Source: Raillietiella orientalis
Taxonomy: Eukaryota
DNA: 64,000 nt
Assembly (NCBI GenBank): GCA_036172245.1
Contig: JAYWIR010000003.1
Span: 7,068,001 to 7,132,000 of the forward strand
Reading direction: 5' to 3'
The notes under the pieces were generated by a model. It had not been told where the DNA came from. It saw only the letters and a program-made list of their open reading frames with translations, and made no database searches. Both the position numbers and the translations under genes were made by a program. Below are positions 24,210-35,476 of this stretch, in pieces. Every line of letters starts with the position of its first letter. Position 1 is the stretch's first letter.

Positions 24210-26400
24210 AATGAACGCTAAATACTGGATCGTTGAAGAGTTCGATGAATGGCTGACCTGGAGACGTGGGCTCCTACGGGATTCTGTTGTCGAGCTGATT
24301 CAGGGATGACAAAGGACAGAGAACAGCAGATTTGCTGGGTTCTTTTCCCCCGCTCATGGACAGATGGATGCTGTGAATTGACCATGCAACGGTTGCTTGC
24401 TGTGGCGGACGCATTAGCAGCATCCGCATTCTTCTTGAAGTTCTCGTTCGAACTCTCCACGAGATTTTGTGGATTTCTTTTTTGGCTGCCCCGCGTCATG
24501 CCATCCTCGAAAGGAGACCAGCTTCAAAGTTGCTTGCAGGGAGAGGCATTTCTGAAACGAAAGGGTACAGGCGCTGGCAATCGACTCAAACGTAGCAATG
24601 TGGAACCTTTGCGTCGGTGGATAGGGGAGTTGCTGCTGCTTGTAGCCGCGCACTTTTCCCGTCTTTTCGGGTGAAGAAAAGGTGCATTTCTGTGCCGGAG
24701 TTCGCCAATATCGTGTAAGAACGAAAACTCCTTTCGCCTGTGAATTATGGACAGATTTGGAAATTTCTCGAAGGTAATGGACGATAACCCTTGCAGACCT
24801 CTTAAGAGCTTCGAAGACAATGGTCTTTGAAGCTCTTAAGAGACTCTTCCTTTGCACGTCGACTCCGCGGTAGGACGGGGCGTTTTGTAAGTTGCAGAAG
24901 AATCGTTTCACTTGTGCAAGCATGGCGAAGTAAGCATCTTTCACAAAAAGAATTCAGGGAGCGATCATCGAAAGGTTTCAGATTTATGGCACTACTGTTT
25001 CCCGGGATGTGGTTTCCACATAGATCTCTGAAAATTTTTGACTCCGATCCCGGGCCTGTGCTTCAGACAACAAACATGGAGTCGTAAAATGCATCATACA
25101 AAAGAGGAAAGAAGTCGTAAGAGCGAAATTCTCCTCAGAGCATCAAGATAGCCGAACAGTGGTTCCACTGGAGTTTCTAATTTCTATAAGCTCCGACACT
25201 GATAGGAAAAGCATCATGTGACGTGTGGGAATTCCTCGTGAGTTTCTTCCAATGGAGCCGCCACCGCAGATGCATACGCGGTAAACCAACACACAGTCAC
25301 CTCGCATCAGCGATGGAAACGCGCGCGTTCGTGTGGAATCTTCAGACCATGAAGGACCTCTACCTTGGAAATCATACGAACACTCGAGAACAAAAGGATG
25401 TTGCTAAGCTACGATGCGGAATTGGGGAGCTTGCAACCGGAGTGCTGCTGCTAACAGCAGGCTGGCTTCGGGAATCCCGCTGAGTGCAGAGGGATGAGCG
25501 AATGACGAGAGGGATTCGAGTAGCTCCAAGGTCCTGCAGTTTGATCAGAGCAGCGCTCTGGGGTTGGTTTCCAAGCGACTTGTTTTTTTTTCATCTGAGG
25601 ATCATTCTTTCGAGTACTAGACAAGGATTTTGTTCCTTAGATGAGGCTTGTCTCAAGCACGAATGAAGAGCCGGGTATCCGAAAGCATTCTGGCTCGATG
25701 ATCGGAAATTCAAACGCAGCTTCACGAAGGGAACGGGAATTAAGGGAAGGGGTGCCCTGGGAAAACAACGGAACTGATTCGATTAATCGGACGCAGGGTT
25801 TGCTGCTCAAAACAAGCGAAGACTTAAGACGGAGGGCTAACAAGAGGAACGTTTAGACGGGGAAGATGTGTGCGCATCTCTCACATTGCAGGTAATCCTT
25901 ACTGATGGATATCGGGTCGAGCATCTTTTCTTCCCTCCGTGATTCCAAAGGCTGATCGTTCGCTTAGAAGCGAAGCTGCAGATCACCAGGCAGCAGATGA
26001 TGAGGCACCAACGGCGAGCTCCCAGAGTGTCAAGTTCTTCCGCCCACTGAACGTCGAAAGAGAACCTGGAAAACACCAAAGAGGACGATACTCCATGTAA
26101 CCGACTTCTCTTAACAACACGGGATTTCCGACTTGACGAGGAACATCAGCGCTGAGGTGTCTCTGCCGAGAATACTCTCATCTTGACACCTTATGCTCAC
26201 CAGTTTCAAGGCCACCGACACGTGATCTATAGATGAAATCAGTCGGCACAGAGTCGCGCCATGTAGCTAGTTGCTTCACTGTTTAGAGAATCTTTTCAAT
26301 ATTTGATCGACGATTGAAATTTTAGTGCCGCAATGTCGTGCTAAAGTGGTCTCGCACAACTGGCTGGCATTCCCCACCGAATGGAAAGTGAAAGGAAGGC
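24210..26400 (+). mobile_element. Degenerate LINE ORF2 (EN to RT)
   Basis: LNTGSL (EN start-like), GRISSIRI..ISFLAAP (YAP-like) and MKDLYLG (RT-like). Confidence 0.4.
24799..24842. repeat. 20 bp inverted repeat with 4 nt spacer
   Basis: ctcttaagagcttcgaagac-aatg-gtctttgaagctcttaagag, 19 of 20 positions complementary. Confidence 0.95.
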
Positions 26401-26817
26401 AACTAGCACTCAAAGGAAACAGATCTCTGGAACGAATCTCTCGAGAGACCCTGAAGGTTCCCTCAGTTTATTGGAAAGTCTGCTGACTCCTGGAGAGAAT
26501 TCAAAGGAGTGACTCCTTCGGTTTTCCCACTCACTTCGGTTCTAACCCGAACCCACTTCCAGTCACCTCCAGCACGAAACAGCTCTTGAGATCGTAGCTT
26601 GGCATCCGGTGTCTTTCCTCGTGCCCACACTGAGCATTGCTTAAGCGTAGAATCCGCTTTCATCTTGGATCATGCCTTTGCATGCACGGTGTGCCGTCTC
26701 TTGCCAGAAACCTGCTCGTTTTCTTGAGGTCCAGAGTCCAGCAGCCCCCACGCTCGAAAGGGTTCCTTTCCTCAACTAAGACTTCTTTGCCTTCTCCTTC
26801 GTGAGATTTTCCCATTC

Positions 26818-26946
26818 TATGTCCTTGTGTGGTACGTCCTTGTGTAATATCCTCGTGTGATGTGTCCTTGGTCACTATGTCCTTGTGTACCATTTCGTTG
26901 TGTACCATGTGCTTGGAGGCGATGTCCTTGTGTACTACGTCCTTCG
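26818..26946. repeat. Minisatellite, ~15 bp unit (tgtccttgtgtacta-like), about 9 copies
   Basis: Recurrent tgtccttgtgt, translating on the minus strand as HKDIV-like pentapeptides. Confidence 0.9.
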
Positions 26947-26999
26947 TTTACGCCTGCTTCAGGAAGAAACATCGTTCAGAGAACAGGTCGGATTTCTTC

Positions 27000-28740
27000 G
27001 GGGGATGAGTTTTGAATTCGATCAAGCTCCTCCTCGGGGAGTTCGACCGAGGTCTACATCTCGGCCATCCAGCTCTTGGACTTGAAATGGTCGCAGAAGA
27101 GATCCTCCAAGCAGGGGCAACCTCCAGGAGATTGATCTACTCGGATCTAGGCGTTCCCGCTGGTTCCAGGATGCGGTGCCCGGAATCGAAAGGAAGGAGG
27201 AGACACATCCTGGGCGATCTCGTGCAACGGATTCAGCCTATCGGAACCGAGAAGTCCTGTCGTTCCCCTTGCTCTCCACCCCGGAAGAGTCCTGCTGATG
27301 GGGGTCCCTTGTCCTCATGCCGAAGACCTGGAACAGATTGTGTCCACCACCTCTGCTCCCTCTGTGATGCCCTGATTGCAGGTGACCTGAATGCCGTTCC
27401 TCTCCTCCCACTTGGAAGAAAGAGGGGGGAAGTTGGCAAGTTCCAGAACGAAAGGGCAGAACACCTTGAGAAATCGAACCCAAGCTGTCAAAGACCAGAG
27501 AGCTCACTCCCCCTGAGGAAGCATCCTCGGGACTTTGAAAAAAGACTCCCCGGGAGGTTTCCCGTGGGAATTCCAAAGTTGTTCACCGCGAGGCCCAAGG
27601 CTTTCCCTTGGTCCTCGCGACAGCGCGCGGTTCATTTCCTCCCCGGCGGGAAGGACTGCGTCACCATCGACGGCCGCTTCCGCACGGGAGCATCGGCGCG
27701 CCGCGGGTCTTCTCTGGACTGCTGGCTGGGTTGTATCCTACGACTTGTTCTGGAGTCCATAGGGTGGCATCCCGCCCCGGTCGTCGCTCGGAGGCCCATG
27801 AGCGGATGTCGGGAGGTAATCGGCACAGAAATGCCGTTTCTTCCGCGTGAGGGTTTCGCTGCTCGCACGCGTGGGGGTCTCAGGCTACCCTGCGGATCCG
27901 GTGCTGATCATCAGGCAGAGGAAATGCATCGGTCCTTGCCGAGAGGACAGCTTCAGTGAACTCGTCGCGGTGCGTGCAGAAGCCGCAGCCACTCTCATGG
28001 ATCGTCTCGAACAATTCATGGAGAGCAGCAAATGCGTGTGATCAGCAGGGGGGGGGGGGCACAAGGGGACTGAACCCTTGACTCGTGGTCTTGACTGTAG
28101 GCTTCGTTGCGGCGTCTGTGGGATGCGCACATTGTACGGGGGAAAGTTCCTTTTCCTGCAAGCATTTTCCGTGGTCACTGATGACCTTGGACTCCGACGA
28201 CTTGGTTCATCACTCGTCGGGGAACCCTTGGAAATCCTAGAAATGCCCGGATGCCGACCTTGGAACGCTGTATCGAAGCAACAACTCCACGAAAGGGGTT
28301 GGTTTCATGGACATGCACTATAGACATGGCAGCGAATGGGCGCTCTCTTCTTCGTGTCCCTGCGTCCACTCCTCTCCAAGTGAATTCAACAGAGCGGCTA
28401 CCCTTCCAGGAGGCGCCTTATCATCCCCTCACCACGGTCAGACAGGGGATGAGATATCGCTGAAGGTCCGCTGGCGTTTAGCCATTTCAGGCACCTCTTC
28501 CCAGCTGCCCTTTCTGCAAGGATCCTTCGAGATTCGTACACCTGGTTCGGTCGGTCACCTAAGCTGGAAACGAAAAAGGAACGTCATCAGATGGACCAAT
28601 GAAAAGGTCACGAGAGAAAAATCAGTTACCGAGATCACTGGAAAGAGGGAGGAATGAAGAACTTTTCGTTTCTTTCTTTTTCTTCTGCCTACCCAGAGAC
28701 CTGGACCCACATAATCCGCTCCAGATCATGGAAGATGCAC
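27000..28740 (+). mobile_element. Internally deleted LINE ORF2
   Basis: LIAGDLNAV (EN, ~27375), DFEK..PWEF (~27530), VTIDG..RRG..LVLESI (RT), LRCGVCG (~28105) and a T-rich tract at 28660-28690. Confidence 0.7.
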
Positions 28741-28749
28741 TGTTTTCTA

Positions 28750-29550
28750 GACCGTAAGGCTGGCACAAATCATCAGAGCACTACCACTTCTGTACTCGCC
28801 GGAAAAGACCACCAAAACACCCCTTGATTGCTGTCCAGCGCAAGCTGGAATCTGCCACCAAGCCAACATCGCGACTACTTCTTCAGTATATATAAAGACC
28901 GTATAAAGACCACAACTGCTGTCTCTATCCACATCTCTTCAGCCTTTAACACCATCCAAACTGCGACGATGCAGAATCCAGACCAGCATGATGATCCATC
29001 TCCAAAGATAGCACTGCCCTGGTGCAGCGTTTCCCAATGTGGCAAGAGTGACAGCTGCTTCAGGAGAGACGCCGCTACCTCGGTTTGGCTCAGAGGATGC
29101 TCTTCGACGCCATCTCAAGAAGCTCACCAAAGGCTGAACTTGAATCTCCATTCAATGTCTGAAACTTCGTGCAGGAGCTCCTGCAGGTTAAAAGGATTCA
29201 GTTGGCAACTCTTAGATGGCTGCGCATCTTCGTTGCTGCGGCATTTGAAGGCTTCTCCCCAGAAGGAGAATAAGACTGACACATCTCTAGAGGCTCACAA
29301 GCCAGCAAGGGGAGCATCTCTAGAAAAGGAGGAGCCTCATCCCAGCACCAGGTGAGCTCGGTTGACCCTCACGACCTTGGCATGACTGTGTGGATTCCTT
29401 TGCTGTTGAGGAACGCGCGGGGGGGAGACAAGAGTTGAGGAAGCTCCTGGACCGCGGACAGAAGGCTCTCGAGAGTTCTGGTACCCAGGCATCGAGAGCA
29501 AATGCAGAATAGTCAAAACCTTCCACTTGTAGTCAGCGAATGGTTGCGGA
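28750..29550 (+). mobile_element. LINE RT fragment
   Basis: AVSIHISSAFNTI (lDlSxAFdT-like) and EFWYPG (YLG-like). Confidence 0.5.
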
Positions 29551-30999
29551 GGCAGCACCAGCACGTCTGGGCTGAGGCAGGGCTATGCCGCAGAGCCGGA
29601 TAACAGGGATGCAAAACGATCAATAGCTTCAGTCCTCTTTGCTGCATCACGCTCTCAGCTCCCCTTTCCGGAAGAAGGCGCATCTGGCCTTTCGAGTTTC
29701 ACTACGGAGCTTCGGCCCACCTCGACTGCTTGTGATGCCATCTGTGCATCGCCCCGTTAACTTAATTCCCTCAGAGAAGGTGCTTGCACTTACCCGGGGC
29801 ACTTTCGTCTCCTTTGCATGCTTTCACGTGGAAAAAAAGTAGGAAAATCAGGCCCTCGGAGAGTTCCGGAGATGGGTCTGAACCCTCCTGAAGCAACCGC
29901 TTTTCATAAAACATTCCAATCGCAAGCGAGGAAAATCCTTGGCAGGAGGAACTGCAGTCCCATGCAGAGACCTTTTTGGCATGGGAATGAGCGCAAAAGA
30001 GTCCTCCTGTGGCCAAAGGGGAGGGAAACCAGTACGGCATTTTGCAAGGGAGAACTCACTGGAGATGGGGAAAGGGAGAGGATACAGGGATAACAGATAA
30101 AAGTGGGCACAGAAGAGGAAAGGAAAAGAGAAAGGAAGGGGATGAACCCATAAACCAATGATGCTTGAAGGTTGTTCGATGTAGCAGAAGATTCTTGCAT
30201 CAAAAGCACACTCGTGTTTATCTCTGACACCACCACAAGCCGCAACAGCACACACACACACCTTCTTTCTTCCTGTCTCTTATCCCGTTCGAAGGAGCCC
30301 ATCCCCTCATCCTGGGAGCCTCGCATCATTTGCATCCGACCCAAGACGGAGGGCACCTCTCCATCACTCCAAGGACTGCGATGCTCTTGGGGAGAAGCGC
30401 AGGCTAGGCCACACCCTACCACAGGGTGGACTCATGGGAACTTCGGTGGGACGAGCGGGAACGGAGAAAGAAGGCAGAAGCGAAGGAGTCGTTGTGTCTC
30501 CAGGAAGAGGGGAAAGCGAACGATCCTGTAGACGTCTCCATGACGATCCCCTCCTTTTCCTACGGGAAGCGGACCGCATTCTTTAAAAACTGGACTACTG
30601 CGGAAACGTCCGTTAATCGGACTTCTTTCTCCTCCTCGCCCCTTCCTTCCTTGTCCCTCGCCTTGCGCAAACGACGCAAGCCTACAAAAGGGGGGACGTA
30701 GGGCTTGAGGTAGGGAACATTCCCTCTTTTCTCCCTGTTTTCGGGGAGGAAAGAAAGACGAGAAAATAGAAACAGGAGGGAGAGACGATAGCGAAGTTTC
30801 TGGATACGAGGAGTCCTTGCCTCATCCACGCGCTAAAGGAATGCCATTCAGCTTTTCAGGATGCTTCCCTGCGTCTCGCCGTCCCCTAATCTCTCCATTG
30901 AGGCCATACAGGCAGCCTCCACTCTCCGACCTCCTGTCCTCCGCGCTGTCCTCGAGTGAGCAGCTCGTCCAGCATAGACGACGCCCTTGGTGACGTGGC

Positions 31000-33260
31000 T
31001 TCCCTCCCTCACCCCCTTTTTGCGCGGCGAGGAGGAAGCGGAAACCAGGTGAGAATGGTGGTGGGGGAAGCGAGGCTGCAGGCGATCCCTAGAGGGGAGC
31101 GAGGGAAGCAGAATGGCGGTGGCGACAGAGGTTTCCTAAAGAGATCAACCCACGGTTGCAGAGATGGACAAGGAGAGGGGACGCGGTTTAACCTCAAGCG
31201 CAGGATCCTGATATTCCCGACTCGCTTCCCTGATGATCTAATCAATGGCACGTTGCGTGCAGATTTCCCCTCCTCCTCCTCCACCACTGCCACCTCGTCC
31301 CTTCCTCCTCCTCCGCCTCGATATTTCCCGGTGGAAGACGAAGAGATGAATTTTTCCCTCCGAGGACGCGGAGCATCCGTGGGTGAGCCGCGTCTCCCTC
31401 GTAGCGCGACCCTCTTCGATGGTCCCTCTGTCCCACCCAGAAGAGCTATTTGCAGCGACCTCCGGTTGTCCGGGAGCGCGAAGAGCAAAGAGCCGATTCG
31501 GCTCTCGAAGAAACCATCAGCTTGTGACCCCCGTTATCGGTCGGCCCTTTGGCTGCACAGCCCGGAGCCCCAACTTTCGGGCGGGGCACGGAGGCTGACA
31601 TGGCTGACAACTGGACCACAGACCGAAGGCCGATGGTATCGGCCGCATGCTTGGCAGGCTGGAGAGAAGGCTTGCACGAGTTACGATCCGCTAACCTCCA
31701 ACGTCTTCCTCCTATTTATTGATTTATTTACTTTCATTTGTCGCTTCCTGCCTCCTTATAAAAGTGAACGTTGAGGACGCACACGTCGGCGCTCCTCCCC
31801 AGAAAACACGAAGGCGTGCCGGTCCTCCCAGTTTCGCATCTTCGCTTCTTTGAGCAGGTTCATTTTGGAGAGACGCCCCGGCGTGACCTCTGATCTCAGT
31901 CAGTCTGCTGAGGCGGAGGAACGAATCCCTTTGCAGCTCTCCGATCAAGGATGCTTCCGCCACTTCGCTCGTGCGTACCCGATCGGAAAGACTCGCACAA
32001 GATCCGGGGAATCGTCCGGGCAACGGGAGGCTGCTGATTCCCCGGAACCCGCGCTCTCTCTGTTTCCTAGTCTGTCGGTGCAGATCCGAGGGGGAGGGGG
32101 GACAGAGAGAGAGAACAGGCGTGCCGAAGGGATCCTTTCGATCTTCCTCCTCGGATGCAGCTTGTCGGGAGGCACGGCGGCCCATTTCAAGGAAGAATCC
32201 TTCCCTCTGCCTCCGGGCATCGCTGGGCAACGATCCTCAGGGTCACCTATCGGAGCCCCGACGGCGCTAGGAGGCCTTCGGAAGCGACTTCCTGGCACCC
32301 CTGTCCCTTCGAGAGGTGTGGCAGCCGAGGTGGTCAACCCGACTTCGACCCTCACCCTCTTCCGCAACTCGTCCTCCAATAGCTACTCTGCAAGCTGACC
32401 GATCCCCATCCCCTTCACTCACCCAATGAGAGCGCACCCTCTTCTGCGGACCTCATAGCTCCGGCGGAAGACTCCTTGAAGAACCTTCACGGATGCGCTC
32501 CGCGGCTCACCCTCCAAGAAGGGACCTCCGTGCGTAGCCTAACTTGTCGGTACATCCTCGTGCGCTCCAGGTTTCTTCCCGTGGGAACCAGATAGACGAA
32601 CCTCGGATACTCGCGCGCCCGGCAGCGGGGGCTGAGGATCTCTCAACCCTTACGTGCGTTCTTCGAGTCCATCGAAAGATGCAGGGGCCATGGGATGCTC
32701 CAACACCGGTCCGTGAATCTCTTCATCCGCAGGATATCACCAGATCCTCGCTGCCCAGCGCACCGAAGGTCGGTCTCCTTGCCAATTGCCTTTCCAGACC
32801 GCCGTTCCGTCCGTTGAGCAGCGTCAGCCGGAACGGTCCACCCACCCCAGACCGGCACTTCTCCCGGGAAGATGGCTCTGAGGCAGTCCGTCCTCCTCGA
32901 GGGTGGACGCCCTGCTTTCGGGAGAGTCGTCGCCTTCCCCGACCGAGGCGCGGGCCGGTCGAGTTGCTCCCCCACATTCTCGTGAGGGCCGCGTGGTCCT
33001 CGCGGAACTAGGGACGCTGCAGCCGGAGGACACCACTGGACACTCACAGAGGCGGCGATTCCCCGCCTTCTGTGTGGCGCCGCGATGGCGATGGCGGCCC
33101 GCCTTGCGCCGGGGAGAATTGCCGATGGCAGCCGCTTTTGTGAGGACTGCAGAGAGGCGACTCCGTTTGCCAGGAGCAGTCGCAACGGAGGTCGCCTGCG
33201 CTTCGCGGAGGCTGCAGAAAAAGAGTGCAAAGTAGCTTCCATCCAAAGAGGGGGGGGAGG
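31000..33260 (-). mobile_element. Degenerate LINE ORF1-like region
   Basis: KLHPRRKIERIPS segment, and FALFFCSLREA resembling FPLFFSALSEA at ~62850. Confidence 0.3.
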
Positions 33261-33269
33261 GACAGTGGT

Positions 33270-33620
33270 CTTCACTCCCTGGCCCTTCTCTTCCTTCCCT
33301 TTTCGTGCTTCTTTGTTGCTTCTTCCTTCCCTCTCCGGACTTTTTCTGTGACCGACCTACGCGTCGGTGATCCCATGAACTTCATGTTATTTCCCTTGGG
33401 AGTTCGGTCCCCAATTTGTTTCTTTTTAATAAACGCCCCGGAGTGACCTTCTCATCCCGGACAGCCAGGCCATTTATTTAAGATAAATAAATCAAATTAC
33501 ACAGCCATAGACAGGGAAGGGTCGACCTGCATCGGCCCGACCCAAAGGGACTACCCTCGCAGGGGAGACAGAGCAGGGAGGAGGGGGGACAGTGAATGAA
33601 TAAATAAATAGGGAATGGGA
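33270..33620. mobile_element. Two convergent LINE-type 3' ends
   Basis: Plus strand: pyrimidine tract, conserved tail and AATAAACG at 33428-33435. Minus strand: 3'-UTR-like segment ending in AATAAA at ~33473-33478. Confidence 0.55.
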
Positions 33621-33749
33621 TGGACCGGTCTCACGGTGTTCCCCTTGATTCCCGAGGGTCCGCGTTTCAGGCATGAAAAAAACGGAGTGGGGGATGGGGG
33701 GCAGCGCTTTCGCTGGTTTCGGCCTGGTCTGCCCATGAGCGTTCGCAGG

Positions 33750-35300
33750 TTCCCTCGTGCCCCACTTCACGGATTGGGCCATTCCACCGCCCTCCGCACG
33801 CAAGCGACGGCGATCGCAGGCGGCTCCCCGGGATGATGGCCGCGCCCTCCGTCTTCCCTCCGTTCCGAAGGCCACCGCTGCTCGTCGGTGACAGAGCACC
33901 GTCAGTGACCGGGTGGCCGTTAAGCCTGAAGGCGCGACCACCTCTCCAAAGACCGTCTCTTCTGGGGCGACACTGCGGAACTGGACTGCGCTCCCATCCC
34001 TGACGCAGTCCCCCTCATTCCTGAGGCACGTGCAAGAGCGTTCCCACTGTCCCGCAGTGGGGTCACTTCCTTGGCAACTGGGGCATGGCGGCCTTCCGGG
34101 GTAGATCCCAGTGTTGAGGCCAGCAAGCTGGCGGTCCGCTGCGGTACCGGCGAGGGAGGGCGGAGACGTCGATCAGGAAGTGGGGGGTCTCGAAGTTCTC
34201 GAGGGGGATGCCAGAGATGCCATTAGTCTGTGGGGACCCTGAGCGGGAATTTGATGGGTGATCTCTATCTCCGGGAGGGTGGTTTTCCATTGTCCAATGT
34301 ACTTCCTAACCCCAAAGGTATGGATGGTTACATCCCACTCTGCAGGAGCATTCCCTTCCTCTGGACCCCATCCCCGGAGTGACCAGATGAAAAAGTCCAT
34401 CCTTCTCCTGAAGTGACCGTTCCTTCTCGCGACTCCCCCCCTCGCTCAGGAGGCGAACTGGTCCCTCCTCTGCATCCGCTGCACGATCGGCTGGGGTGCC
34501 TCTCACGCAGAGATGAATTCGTACCGACACCTCTGCTGTCCGAAGCGCCACATAGATGCTCCTGGCGAATGCACGCTAGGTCCAATGCAGGAGGCACTGG
34601 AGCTCCTGGCATCCAAGCGCGGGTCTCGTTGGTTTCCTGGGTGAGGAACTGTGCGGACGCTTGACCTCCGACCCAAGTTTCATAGAGAACTGCCGCAGTT
34701 TGAGCCTCTAACGACCTGCTCAAGATTCCTCGTGGGCGTGAGTCTGCGCCACCTCCGCGCTTGAGTCCTCGAAGTCCCCTGAGCAGCTCGCCGAAGTCTT
34801 CGTCACCTTCCTCCAGGAGGCTCTCCCCATGCCTCCCTTGAGGTGCGGAAGCTGCTTGGGTTCCCTAGGAAGGTGGCATCAGCATCCAGGGTCGCGCGGA
34901 CGCCTCGCCCTTTCTCCCCGTGCCGATTTTTTCTCTCCCGAAGAACTCGACCAGCAGGAGAAGCCCCAAGACGCGTTCGGCGTCTTGAGTCGGCGGGGCG
35001 CAGCACACGCAACGAGGCCTGCGATCCGAACCTACTCCTTTCGCGTGCGCGCGCCCACGATGGCACCCTCGCTGCCGGGTTCCGCGCACGGTTGCGTCCT
35101 TCCGCACCATCTGCTCACGCATGTGGTCACTCGAGCGCCGTGAGGAGCGGCTCGAAACGTGACGTGGGAACTCGTCGAGCTCTTCCGCTGCCGCACACCA
35201 GAGGGACGCCCGAAGCAGGAAAGGGGAGACGAGGAGGAGGGGGGAGAACACTGAAGGGAATCGCTCCCGGATTCCATGAAGGGAGCCCCGAAGGGCCCCC
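33750..35300 (-). mobile_element. Degenerate LINE ORF1 with zinc-knuckle remnants
   Basis: TPHFLIDV..YRSGPPACW followed by a Cys/His cluster (34200-34020). Confidence 0.45.
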
Positions 35301-35476
35301 TCCCTATTCCGGTTCGCTAGTCGCTGGGGAAGGCTGAGAGCGGCGAAGTCCGGTCCGCATGCTCGTCATCTCGCGGCAGGACGAGGAACCCACAGTGCAT
35401 CCAACTCAGCATCGACCTTTTAGGACAGCATTCGAGCTCCCCCAGAAGCCTCCTCGCAGACACGCGCGGGTCTTCC

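Noticed and set aside
24218..24499. VSRSAIHRTL as a Tc1 transposase HTH
   Set aside because: No DDE domain or terminal inverted repeats. The opposite strand reads better as a LINE endonuclease.
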